A stretch of DNA of 64,000 bases from the human T2T-CHM13v2.0 reference genome, Homo sapiens. The stretch lies in NCBI RefSeq assembly GCF_009914755.1, contig NC_060928.1. One strand, 5' to 3'. Below are positions 1-14,411 of the stretch, piece by piece (position 1 is the stretch's first letter; each line of letters begins with the position of its first letter). The translations under genes were made by a program, and so were the position numbers. The notes under the pieces were generated by a model, which was not told where the DNA came from, did no database searches, and worked only from the letters and a program-made list of their open reading frames with translations.

Positions 1-532
<532 letters not shown>

Positions 533-1841
533 TTAAAAATGGGAAAACAGAGGCCCAGAGAGATGCCATGATTTGCTCAACATCACCCAGCTGGCTGGGA
601 GAAAAGCTGAGAACGTGGGTCTCTTGACTGTCCGCAACGCAAGGCAGAGCACACCCAGAGTTCAAACCCGTCTATAACATTGGGCAGTTGTGTCCCTGTT
701 CATCTTTTGTTATCATTCCTGCCTCCAATGGCTGTTGTAATAATTGCATGATATCATATACATTCAACCATGGCTCGGAGCTTCCCACACTGGAGTTCGT
801 TTGCTGAATATTCACTAAGCACCTCCTGTTTGCCTGGCTCATGAGTTCATCCTCATTGCAGGTGTCCGGAGACCAGTAGGATGTCACTTGGCCAGGATGC
901 CCTGCAGTCCATGCTATTGTGAAAAGAAGGATTGAGCTTAACGACTGCAAGGCCCCTTCCATGTGATCCTCTGAAATACAAGAAAACTTGAGTGGAAATA
1001 GTCCCAAAGAGTGAATCTTACCAGGACTCAAACCCACCCTCATGATTTATGCCTTTTCCATGTTGAACACTGCAAACTTCCAGCCTCAGAGAACCCATCA
1101 TTTTTTTTTTAAATGAAGACCTTAATTGTGCAAACCTCTATGAATGTGTGCTTGAAGGCGGGCTGACTGATTAGATCCCTGAAAGCACAATAATCAGATC
1201 ATGGGGTGCACTTTTGGACACAGATTTCAATGCTCAGTGCTCTGATCTTTCTTCCTCCCACAGGGAAAGGTGGCTATTGTGCTGGCTCCTGCGGACAGTC
1301 CATTCCAGACACAGCAGGCAGCATCCCTAAAACATGGCTCTGCCCCTCAGGGCGTGTGAAAATGCTCTTCTTAAGCAAATGCCATTAAACTTGCTCCAGA
1401 TTCTCCAAGAAGCAAGAACCCTTCCGAAGGCTTTGGAGTGTTATTTCCAGCAGGGTACTAAAAACTGCTTCAGAATATCTTTTTTTATGAACTATAATTT
1501 AATGCTCTCCCCAGCATTTATTAAGGGTAAATGAGAAAAGCAGCTGAATGAGCAATGTTTCTGTTTCATGCATTAAGTATAATATTTCTACTGTTTCCTC
1601 AAAGTTCAAAATGCAACATCTATGTGATAAAATAACTCTAGACTTCTGGGGTAGAAAACTATTTCTTTCCTTCATGACATACATATTTTCCATTATAAAA
1701 TAAGGATAACTTCATAACCTATGTTTTTTTTTTCTCTTTTCACCATGGCTGCCAGGAAGCTCTCAGACAAATGCAATGTTTAGCCCTTAACAGAATTTCC
1801 TGAAACAAAAAATCTCTCTTCTTTCTCTTAAAATTTCCTAT

Positions 1842-2291
1842 CTTCCAGCTCCATCCATGTCCCTGCAAAGGATATGATGTCATTCCTTTTTATGGATTCA
1901 TAGTATTCCATGGTGTATATGTACCACATTTTCTTTATCCAGTCTATCATTGATGGGCATTTGGGTTGATTCCATGTCATTGCTACTGTGAACAGTGCTC
2001 AGCAAACTAACGCCAGAACAGAAAACCGAACACCACATGTTCTCACTTATAAGTGGCAGCTGAACAATGAGACCACATGGTCACAGGGAGGGGAACAACA
2101 CACACCAGAGCCCATTGGGGGGTGGGGTGGGGGGAGGGAGAGCATTAGAAAAAATAGCTAATGCATGCAGGGCTTAATACCTAGGTGATGGGTTGATAGG
2201 TGCAGCAAACCACTATGGCGCATGTTGACCTATGTAACAAACCTGCACATCCTGCACATGTATCCTGGAACTTTAAAATTTAAAAAAAAAA
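1842..2291 (+). mobile_element. 5'-truncated, 5'-inverted L1PA 3' end
   Basis: 1842-1999 is reverse-complement L1 ORF2-end/3'UTR sequence. 1998-2291 is forward L1 3'UTR with G-rich tract and poly(A). Degenerate TSD aaaatttcctatc / aaaattctgatc. Confidence 0.9.
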
Positions 2292-3046
2292 TTCTGATCT
2301 TTTCTTAAAGCTTCAATTTAACCTTCCTATTGTATATATGTTCATAAAGTGGGTGATACTGTTTCAGAGTGACCCCCAGCCTATGAATGAGCAAGGAGGC
2401 AGTCCAAGGGCCCAGCCATTTCTGTCCAGTGGGGGACCTCCTGCAATGCATGAGTTTCTCCTGAGTTTCTCCAGAGCTCTCCCCTGGACTTGCCGAGACT
2501 TTGCCAGGGGCCCTGTGGCCTGATAGCTCCTCCTGCCCAGTTCTTCTCCCATCCTTGTCACTTTCCATGTGTTATTCTCCATTGAAACTTCTGCTCTCCT
2601 AACTCGTTCTCAGACCTGCTTCCAGGAGAACCCAAACCTGCACCAAGGAGTTACCTGCCGGCGCCTCCCACACCCTTCAGCCCCTGCCTCTTCAGTGCCC
2701 TGCAGGACCCTGGCCCAAGCGCACCAGCCTTCTATTTCCCTAACTGCCAGGTAAGTCCGCCCCCCACCCCTCCATGACTCCCTCACTATTTTCAATCACT
2801 CCTAACAACGGCCTGTTGGGATTTGGGCTTGGAGTCCTCCCTATTCCACATGCACCCTTTCTGGCTGAGGGCTCACAGATATTCTTTTGAAAATAGCAAA
2901 CATAGAAGACTGAGCTGGAGTCCTGAGGGGGCACCAAGGAGGGGGCATTTCAGGCTGCCAGAGAAGGCAGGGGCACTCTGGGCAGGAGGCAGAAGGATGG
3001 AAAGTTGTCTCCTATTCCTGGCACTAGGGAAAAGCAAGAGACATTC

Positions 3047-3630
3047 TGTAAGGTACATGGATGTGCTTTGGTCAAGGAATAGGCCGAGGCAAACATCCAG
3101 GCCAGAATGACTCAGTGAGTTTAGGTGCACAGGTGCATACTCCACTTGTTATATAACCTGTTTGTGTAAGTTCATACTTGGCTTGGAGCCACTATTGTTT
3201 GGGAAGGTATAACTGCCCTGCTGACACTGTACGGGGGCTCTTGGGCATGGCTCCACATGACTCTTGTGCAGCTGCTGGCACCCAGAGAAAGAGAGGAGAG
3301 GGATAACCAGAGCCGTCCATCTTGCAGATGGACAGAGGGGAGCCAGGGCAGGGTTCGGCACAGCACGGCATGGCACGGCTCACGCTTGTGCCCAGAGAGA
3401 GAAAGAGTTAAGCTGCTGACCCTGAAGGCAAGGGAGAGCTGGCCGTGCAGCTGAGCGTGGGAGCAGCTGGCTCAAGCAGCTGAGACAGAACGGACAGTGT
3501 ATGAGAGCTGCTGATGAGAGAGCTGCTGAGTAAAACCATATTCACCTGCTTACGGCCCCCCGTCTGTTTTTTCAGCTACCTGTCCATCCATCCACCCTCC
3601 TTGGGCCTCAGTTGGGGCTGGAACCTGACA
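3047..3630 (+). mobile_element. Solo LTR, LTR18 family (ERVL)
   Basis: TG...CA termini, perfect 5-bp TSD CATTC (3042-3046 and 3631-3635). Start TGTAAGGTACATGGATGTGCTTTGGTCAAGGAATAGGCCGAGG matches the LTR18 consensus as I recall it. Confidence 0.85.
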
Positions 3631-4319
3631 CATTCATCTGCATATCTGGCTCTTTCCTCAATCTGGAATGTTCTTTTGACCTTTCTGCACCTGGCTACTC
3701 GTCTCGTTCTTTCAGCCTTATCTCAGACACCTCCAGGAAGCCTTCTCTGATGCTTTCCTGGCTGGACGACAAGGGAGGAGCAAGCCGAGGAGGGCCTTGA
3801 GTGTTTGCACGGAGATGAAGTTCCTGCCCACAGGTCACAGGGGGTGGCAAGACCTATAGTTCTGAGAGCCCTGAAGGTGCCAGGCATGGGGCTTGGGAGC
3901 TGGGCATATGGTGATTAAAAAAAGAAAAACAACCCAGATTGTCCCATCCTCTGGTCCAGCCTCATTATCTTATGACCAACAAGGAACAAAGACAGAACCT
4001 GGTGCTTCAATTTGCTGACGTGTTCCTTGTGTCCCTGTAGCCGGCACTGCATGCCACCCATGTCTCTCCTGCACATGGACAGCTTCCTACACCCAGCACC
4101 CGTGCCTCTCCGCCTGCGGCTTTCCCTGGGCACAGGTGTGTGCTCAGCCCTCAGCAGTTAACACCCCCAGGAGCAGCCCTCGGTTAAGACAAAGCTGATG
4201 TTAACAGAGGTATACCTAGCTTCCTCGCAGACACCTGAGTGAGTCCTACGCTGTCCCCCAGAGGTGACTGGGTGGGTGGGGTCCCAGTTGCCCACAGCTG
4301 ACACCTGCTCATTATTGAA

Positions 4320-4492
4320 CCTCAATGCCTCCTCCACTTCCCTGTGCCATTTCCCAGCTGGGGAAGTGATGCTTCCTCAATTGTACCCTCTCCTTCCCTG
4401 TCCCATTTCCCAGCTGGAGAAGTGGTGCTTCCTCAATTGCATCCTCCATTTCCCTGTCCCATTTCCCAGCTGGGCAAGTGGTGCTTCCTCGA
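4320..4492. repeat. 56-bp minisatellite, about 3 copies, inside an old ERVL-type LTR remnant
   Basis: tccctgtcccatttcccagctgg.gaagtggtgcttcctc units start at 4339, 4395 and 4451. Confidence 0.9.
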
Positions 4493-5170
4493 GTCACCTC
4501 TCAAATAAACTTCCCATCTTCAAAACCTTGACTCAGGCTTTGGGGGCACCTGACAACAATCACAAAGTCACCTAAACTGGATGCCTGTGGTCACATAACC
4601 CAGACACTGCCTTCCGTGTCTGATTTGTCTGATCTAGTGACTAAGCCCCTTCAGCGTCTACAGTCCATGTGCTCCTCTCTGCCTGAGCCCAGGCCTGCCT
4701 TAGTTCAGGCCTCAGCCTCTCCCCACTGGGCTCATTATCCCCAGGCTAATCCCCAGGAAGATGATTGGGCCACTCTTCTGCACACAAACCTGTGCTGTCT
4801 TGCCCTTGCCAGCAGGATCCAGTCCAAATTCTCATCTGCCATGCAGAGCCTCCTCCCACGGTCCCTGTGGCATCTGGAGGCTCCCCCCATCTCTCTTGGC
4901 TGCTGCCCTGGAAAAGGCACTCGTCCTCCATTCCACATACCCCCATGGCCTTGCCTCTGTGCCCTGCTCGTGCTGTTCCTTGTGTCCAGAACACCCTGCC
5001 ACTTTGTTGCCTGCCTAGGACATCCTTTTCCGAGGATCCCCTCAGCAGTTACATCTTTTGGAGACCTTCCCTGCCCCCATGATGGCTAATCACTGTTACC
5101 CTCTCATCCGGGTCGCTCTTGCACCTGTGTCTGTCTCTCTTGTGCACTTTCACTCTTGTCTGGGGCGTTC

Positions 5171-6018
5171 TGTCTGCACACCTGCTGTGCCCACCCCTGG
5201 GAGCGCCCCCTGACCAGGGGCCATTTAAGGGATGCTGTGTTACTGTGGAAAGGGGTGGGCCTTGGAGTCGGAGCAACCTGGGCTTCACACCCAGCCCTGT
5301 CTCTGCTAAAAGACCCCAGACTAGTTACCTATTCTGCCCGCCCCATGCTTGTTCTTCCATGAAACAGAAATAATAAAACCTACCTATGAGGTTGTTTTGG
5401 GGAATAAAATCAATGTGTGTTAAGTGTTGGCACATAATTTGTGTTCAATAAACAATTATTGTTATTTTATTTCCTCTCTGTTGAGCCTTGCATAGAATGT
5501 ACATCCAACCCATGTGTTTTGAATGAAATAGTAAAAATCAAGACTCAGGTGACAGGGAAGGAGAAGGAGCATGTTATAAACACAGAAGCGGGGGAGGGCT
5601 GAGCAAACAGGAACAGAGGAAAATTATGCTAGATGTCAACCAAATTGCATCAGCAGGGGGGCCAGTATCTGTTCGGTGTTCTCCCTACTGTTCCGGGCAT
5701 GGTGTGATTTTCCAATGGCAGGCTCCCCATGGTCCTCAGACACCTTCAGAGCACAGCAGAGTGACAGACACTGATGCATCTGGGGGTGGCCCACACACGA
5801 CTGCAAGCAGATGAGATGGAGCCCGCCAGCCTCCCTTGGGGTCCTCAGAGAGCCACGCTGTTAGCACAGGTGCCATCCTGGCCTGGAGACCCCTCCAGGT
5901 GTCTGTACACCTGCTGAGCCCACACCTGGGAGTGCCCCCTGAGCAAGAGCCACTTAAGGGACGTTGTGGTACAGTGGGAGAGGGCAGGTCTTGGAGCTGG
6001 AGAAACCTGGGCTTCACA
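5171..6018. repeat. Local direct duplication of about 119 bp (5171-5289 and 5900-6018)
   Basis: Gapless alignment at offset 729, from tgtctg.acacctgctg.gcccac to aacctgggcttcaca, with many substitutions. Confidence 0.85.
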
Positions 6019-6128
6019 TTGTCTCAGGGCCAATGGGTGCTCACCAATGCAAACACACATTGTCTTGGGCCAATTGGTGCTCACCAATGCAAACACACAT
6101 TGTTTCGGGGCCAATGGGTGCTCACAAA
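6014..6128. repeat. 40-41-bp minisatellite, about 2.7 copies
   Basis: gggccaat.ggtgctcaccaatgcaaacacacattgt units near 6027, 6067 and 6108. Confidence 0.9.
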
Positions 6129-6404
6129 CAAATCCTGGCTGCACCATTTTCCATCTAGTATGATACCAGGTGAAGTATTTAATGTTTCCATGCCTGAGTT
6201 TCCTTGTCTGTAAAATAAACATAATAGCATTGGTGGTGTAACCAGTGTTCGATGTTGGCACACACAAAGTCCTCAGAACGGTATCTGGCTCTTGATGAGC
6301 AAGGAGCATTATGAATATACATGCTATCACTGTGGGGTACTTGCTACATTCTCCCTCTCCCTTTCATCTTTAGCCTGGCAGAGGGTACAAAATGCTATAA
6401 CCTT

Positions 6405-7170
<766 letters not shown>

Positions 7171-7756
7171 TAGAGCAAAGCGCAGAACAACCCGGAGGCC
7201 TCTTCCCTCTTGTGATCGGGGGCCTGGGATGAGACAGGCAAAGGGACTTCACGTGGAGCATAGGGCAATAGCCTCGTATAAGTTCCATGCCCAGAGTGGC
7301 ACTGAGCTTGTTCTCCCTTACACAGGGCAGGCCTCATGCTTCTAAAAATAGGAGATTTCATCAAAGCATTTATTTTTCAATGACTAATGGAATTTAAGAG
7401 GAGGAAGTCATTGGGTTTTTAACTTAGGTTCAGTGTGTTTTTATTACCGACAGCAGTTGGATCCAAGGTAGGGTATGTAACAAGGGGTGTAGGAGGAGAT
7501 ATTGGAGCTCCTATTTATAGCTTTATAACGTTTTATTATGGACCGAACCTGGAGCCTTCACATGGCCTATGTGACTGGGGATCAGGGCTCCACCGTGTGG
7601 AGAAGCTGACAGGGTGCCTTCGATCTGTCTTTTGAATGACATATTGCTGTTTACTTGTGCAATTTACCAGTTAGCAGATTTGGAAATGGTAGTATTTGGT
7701 TTCAATTGAATTAACCCCAGTGAATATACAGGTGGCTTGTAAAGAATCCCCAAAAG

Positions 7757-7900
7757 CTGAGCATAGTAGTACATGCCTGTATGTAGTTCCAACTAATCTT
7801 TTTGGGAGGCTGAGGTGGGAGGACCTCTTGAGCCCAGGAGTTCGAGGCCAGCCTCAGCAACACAGTGAGACCTCATCTCAAGGAAAAAAACAAAACAAAA
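7757..7900 (+). mobile_element. Alu monomer (FLAM-like)
   Basis: gggaggctgaggtgggaggacctcttgagcccaggagttcgaggccagcc followed by an A-rich tail. Confidence 0.8.
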
Positions 7901-8217
7901 GAAACCACAAATTAAAGGTAAAACTAACAACTCCCACACAAAGAAAGACAGGACAATCAATAGTGGAACCCGCTATCTCCATTTCAGGTGCAAGCCTGCT
8001 GCTAGCCTCAATGACCATTGACAGTACGCTGCCTCACAGAGATTTTCAAATTCAAGATGTAGTCAATCTGTTGCTTCAGGATAAAGATGACATTTTAACA
8101 GGAGTGAGAAAGTAGCAACCTTTTATAAGAAACTGTTCCATAAAAAGAGATGTGTCTGTCATGTGGTTTGGTAGACAAAGTTATATACACAGATCACCAA
8201 TAAAAACTCTTGGATCT

Positions 8218-8576
<359 letters not shown>

Positions 8577-11500
8577 TTAAAAAACTTTCTGTTTAAACAT
8601 ATTCCGAATGAAAAGTTTCAGTAGGTTTTGCTAAATGATTATTGTTAAAATATAAAAAGGCAACAACTTCTTACTACTCAGCAAGGACAGTGGTTGATAC
8701 TAAGGAAGATGGAAATTCACTGGCCTGCATTTTCAACTCCCAAAACATTTCATTCCTGATGGACGGGATTACAGGTTGAAGCCGCTTCATCAAGTTCAGC
8801 CAGCCTTGTCACCTGCTTCTGTTTGGAGCTACATCGTTTAATGAGGTTCATTTTTGAGCTATCCACGTTGCAATAACATTGGTCACCACTTGCTAAGGGT
8901 TCCCTTGTGTTTTATGTGCCCTTATTCATTTAATTCTCGTATAACTATCCCCTGAAGTAGACACAGTCAGTATTCCCACTTTGCAGGTGAGAAGATGAAG
9001 CTTGCACATGGGCAGTGACACTGGATGCCCTCGCAGCAGAGCCTGAGACACATGCTGGGTGTGGGAAGTTTACCGGCTGGAGAGCAAGGCAGTCCAAGGT
9101 GCATCTCGGGGAGACTTCTATGGGCAAAGGGCATCAGTTCTGCGGGGCTTCTGAGCAGCACATGGAATACCTCCAGAACTGTCCCACAGGGGAAGATGGG
9201 GCATTTATCTGCCAGCTCCTGCCCCCAGGGGTATTAACTCCCTGAATGTCTACACTGCGCTGCAGATGGCTGAGCAGCTTCCTGGCCATGGAGAGGGCCT
9301 GAGCATTTGGAGAGGCACGTGCTGTGCTTAAGGTGGGCAAACATTGGCCCATACCTGAGCCCACATGGACTGTCTGCTGCAGCAAGGCTGAAATTAGAGT
9401 GGGCAGAGGGAGGGTGTGAGGGGGACACTAGAAGGGGCTAGTGCTGTCATTCAGCAGGGGAGCGGAGGAGCGAGAATTACAACCCACACCGGGGCTCCAG
9501 AAGTATCATTTTCCAATGTCCAGCAATGCTTCCTGGAAGCTCAGCCAGCTTCTATAACATCATACTACAGATGGGTGGTTTAGACAACAGACTTCACAGT
9601 CCTGGAGGCCAGAAGTTCGAGACCAGGGTGTCCGCAGAGTCAGCTCCCTGGTGAAAGCCTCTTCCTGGCTGCAGACACTGCCTTCTCACTTCTCTGGAGG
9701 CACCACCCTCATGACCTCAGCCAGCCCTCCCAAAGACTCCCCTCCAAAGACCATCACTCTGGGGAGCTGGGGCTTCCAGATACAAATTAGGGGTGGTGAG
9801 GAGCACAAACATTCAGACCATGACAGCAACTTAGAATCAGACCCTTCAGAGCTTTGGAATGCTGTCCTCCCCGCAAATCCTGCCTGTCTCTCTCCCCTCC
9901 CCTCTCCTTCCTCCCTTCCACCTTTCCTCCTCTCTCTCTCAGTCTCATCTGAAATTGAAAGACACTCATCATGCTCTCTGGTTTTCACCCAACCTTCCCT
10001 TCACCATCACTTTCATCAGAGCAAGACGGATATCTGTGTTGCAAGTTTAGCAAATGCCAGGTCTTCCCCTAAAGACGGGTGGAAGGAAATGTAGCTCCTC
10101 ACAGGCCCAGGGTGAAAAAGAGGGTAGGAGGGAGAGCCAGAAAGTCCTCTCTGTGCTTCCAACATGTCACAGAATTGGTGCTAAACTTGCAATTGCCTGT
10201 AGTGCAGTGTTGGGGGTGTGCTGTGATTGGTACGTGGCCACACCTGTGCTGGCTCCTGTCCTCACAGTCCTGTCAGCTCGGGGCAGCGCTTGCACTAGGG
10301 GAAGGCTCATGGCAGATGCTTCATGGAAGAGGTTGGTTTTCCTCTGGGTCTAGAATGCAGAGGTGCTCACAGCATGCTGGATGAAGGTAATGAACCTACT
10401 CATATTTGCAGATGTCTAGTCTGCAGAAAAGAGTTTCCCAAGAGGAGATGCCTGGATTGGATTTGCTTTCCTTGGCTCTGAGGTCAGAACAAGGGCTCCA
10501 GGCAAGAGCTCTGATGTGTGGGACCACAAGGAAGAACTGCCTGATGGATGTGTCCAAGGATGAACGTGTTTTTTGCACAGTGAGTTCCCCATCCCTGAAG
10601 GTGTGCAAGAGGAGCCAGGTGACCACCTGTCAATCATATTGTGGAAGGGACCCAGGCACTGGAGAGGAAGATGAACAACAGGGTCTCTAAAGCAAGCCCA
10701 GAACCCCAGATGTGTGCAGGCTGTGTAGATGATTGGAAGGAGATGGGGCAATGTCACCCATGGGGTGGGAGGGGACAGAGCTGATACCTCCAGTTTAAAC
10801 TGGCTGCCCTTGGAGAGAGAGGAAATGGCCTGGGAAATTGCTATCTATCAGCCCATTTAAAAATTACATGAGTTTATGGAAGGTAACTCTCTCAGAGGAG
10901 TTCATTCTCTTCACTCTCCAAGTCATTTAAAAATAGTTCATCCAAGCCCTACCCCCTGAATGCATGTTCCCCACATTCTCCCTTCAATTTGAAAGTAAGA
11001 GGGCTTCCTGTGGCTCATACCTCATGCATATTCCTAGCCATGTTCTAATCACTAACTCCAAAGAACTTGAAAGAGGAATGAGAAATTGCATTTCCCAACT
11101 GGGAAAAAAACCTCTGTGTAGCATGGCAAACTCCTGGGCTGGGAGAGGGAGCTGTTACATAATCAGATCTTGCCCCAGTTACAGATTCAACTTTATTCAA
11201 GAGGAGTCAAGAGACACTGAGCAGGGGAGAAGAGGCTAAGGTTTATTGTGTACCTACTGTATGCCAGGCTTTGTGCGAGGTGTCTTACAGAAACAGCCCT
11301 TCAAGGCGAGTGTGTTTCAGTCCACAGCTTCAGGGAGGTGAGGAAATGTGCCAGTGTTCGCCCAGGTAATAGTGAGGAGTTCATGCTCTGACCTAGATCT
11401 GTCTGATCTTTCTTTCCACACACCTCACAAGAAATCTCAGGGCTGAGAGGCTAAGGAGCCAAATTCAGCTCATTGCCATTATCCGGCAGCTTGTGAGAGC

Positions 11501-11672
11501 TTGCTGTGCATCTGGGATGGCGTGCAAAGATCCACTGTGTTAAGGGAAGAACAAGGAACGGGTTCTGCTCCCAGGAGGTCTCTAGTGAGAGACAGACACG
11601 ACTCACTACCACTTGAGTTGGTGGGGCTTGATGCCACATGGAGAGTGACTGCAGGGAGACCTGAAATGAGAA

Positions 11673-11675
<3 letters not shown>

Positions 11676-11767
<92 letters not shown>
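11676..11767. repeat. Compound microsatellite (CT)n(AT)n
   Basis: About 25 CT units directly followed by about 20 AT units with one CA interruption. Confidence 0.98.
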
Positions 11768-13419
11768 GCCTTGCCTGACTTGGAAAATCTCTCTCATGAG
11801 GAAACCTCTCCAGAACAGAGGTAGAAACTATCAAGACAGAAACATCACAGAAGGCCCAAAGCAATGATCTAAAATATTTCCCTTGTAAAAATGGCACTCT
11901 CTCTCTCTTTCTCCATGCCTGCTTCTCCTCTGGGTGAAATTGCTTCATGTTCCCACAGCAAGTAAGTCTCCATCCGATTGCTATAAACACCTCCAAGAAT
12001 GTACTACAGAGCTTTAAGCAGCAGCGTGCTACAGACTGTACTCAGCCTTTGGTATACTTTGGTTTTCTTCATTCATGCAACAATTATTTAGTAAGTAAAT
12101 GCCTACTGTATGCCAGGCACTGCTCTAGGTGCTGGGGTTTCAGCAATAAGTAAAATAGGAAAAGTGTCCCTCCTCGCATGGAGCTTTTCATTCTCATGGA
12201 GGGGAGTGATACTAAGCAAATTCATTTATAAACATATCATTTCAGGTCATAATGAGTGCTAAAAAGAAAAATAAATCAAGGTAAGTGGCAGTGAGAAGAG
12301 GGGACACTGAGCTATGGCAGCTGGGGGAGATGTTTTTGAGAAGATGCTATTTCACTAGAGACCTAAAGGAAGTGAGGGAGGTGTGGGTCATGCAGACATC
12401 TGGGGAAAGAGCCTTCCAGGCGAAGGAGCCAGTGCACAGGTGCTGAGATGAAATGTGCTGACAGCATCCCACTACTTATGAACTTGTTGCATTTGCCCTA
12501 TTGGGACTCAGCCCCACAACCACCCTTTTAGAACTCTTCTGTGTCATGGGGGCTAGCAGCCTACAAACTGCCTGTCCTTACTCCCTATAAATGATATCTC
12601 CTTACTCCCATGCTAGCAGAGTCCTGTTAGATTCCAGCAGTGAGAGGCACTGATGCATCGTTAGAGGAAGAAAGGACCTCTTCTGCTAGTCAAAGTTCCA
12701 GCACCATCAGCTGTGGCTCCTGGTTAGCCTCAGAGGCTGTGGTTCCCACGTCATCTGTGCCAAGAACATCAGCCACGTTAACGAGAGCAGCTCCAGCATC
12801 TGCCCTGCTGCCACAGTCATGCTTCCAGCAGTGTCAGTAAGAGATGGGATCAGTTCTTGAACCCAAACTCACCTGGCATCAAAACTGGCTCTGTAAGACC
12901 ACAGAATCTGGGATATGCATGGTGTGGCCCAAAAAGGAGGACAAAGTTTGACACAAATGGAATGTGACTGGAGGAGAGTAGCTGAACTCAGCCTCGGCAA
13001 AGAGGAGCTTCTTTTAGGCTTCAGAAATTAGAAGTGAGCCAATGCCAATGCAACTCTTTCATTTTGCAGAGAGGTGAGCACTTTGAGGCCACTGGGCAGG
13101 CCAGTGGCTGAGCTGGGACTGAGCCCTTTCTCCTGGAAAGGGGAGGGAGGGTGAACGCACGGGCTCCAGGGTGACTCTGCCCAACTCCTTTTGCTCTCCC
13201 AGCCCTACTGGCACCTCTGTAACCATTTCCTGGCATCCAGTGCCTCTCTGAAATATTATTTCCACTTTCCTGGGTGGAACATTGACCAATGCACTAGCTC
13301 TGTGACCTTGACATTTCCTCGCTGAGTCTTAGTCTTCTCATCTATAAAGCAAAAGGTAGAAAATGTGTAGACTTTAGGGGGGTGAGGACTAAGGTAATGG
13401 TTGCCATGTACCTAGCTCT

Positions 13420-13931
13420 ATTCACTTCCTCTTGCTGCTACAGCAAATTACAATGGAGATTTATCATCTTCCAGTTCTGGAGGTCAGAATCTGAAGCAGG
13501 TGTCACTGGATTAAAATTGAGTGTTGCAGGGCTGTGTTCCTTCTGGAGGCTCTAGGGAGAATCCGCCTGCTTGTCTTTTCCAGCTCCTATGGTCCACCTG
13601 CACTCCTTGGCTCCTGGTCCCATTCCTCCATCTTCAATGCCAGCAACCTTGGGCCAACTCCTTCTCAGATTGCCACTTCTCTGGTTCTCTCTCTCTTTGC
13701 CTCCTTTTTCCACTTATAAGAACCCTTGTGATTGCATTGGGCTTACCCTGGTAGTCCAGGACTACTCATTCCAAAGTCAGCTGATGAGCAGCCTTAATTC
13801 CATCTGTGACCTTAATTCCATCTGTGGCCCTAATTCCTTCATCATGTAACCTAACATATTCACAGGTTCTGGGAAGAAGGAAGTGGACATCTTTCAGGGT
13901 GGGGTGGAGGTCATTATTCTGCCTCCCACAC
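13420..13931 (-). mobile_element. MLT1-type MaLR LTR
   Basis: ttctggaggtcagaa ... ttccttctggaggctctagggagaatcc ... catattcacaggttctggga ... attattctgcctcccaca. Confidence 0.75.
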
Positions 13932-14411
13932 TAGCATATAAGAGGAACTCAAACAAAGGAAGCCATGAGATCTCCCAATCAAATCCCCTCTTTGTACAAA
14001 GCAAAATTCACAGCTTTGTCTGCCCACTGTACCACTCCACCTGGGTAAGCACAAAAATGATGCCAAGTAGATGAAGACACTATGTGTCTATCGGGACCAC
14101 TGGAGCAGATGCTTCCCTGGGTAGCTGGACACTTTCTTGACCACAGATGGCTTTTCATTTTTTCTCAAACTACTTTGCCCTGCTTCTTGTGTCCCAAAAC
14201 AGCTATGTCCCTAAGACACTGTCTGATGGCAGAACAAGAATCCTCACTGTTCTTGGAGGAAGTTTCCATCCTGACAGAGGTCTGGGATTGTTGCTGGAAA
14301 GGCCCTTTGGTACCATCCAGCACTATCCTAGCCATGAGCAGATGAGGAAACAGTCATCTGGAGAGATGCATGATGGCCAGTTAGTAGCAGAGCTGGATTT
14401 ACCATGGGGAA

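Noticed and set aside
4320-6128. Spaced repeats resembling a CRISPR array
   Set aside because: They are contiguous tandem units without unique spacers, in primate intronic DNA with no cas genes.
11451-11996. 181-aa ORF with YI and ER repeats
   Set aside because: Translation of the (CT)n(AT)n microsatellite.
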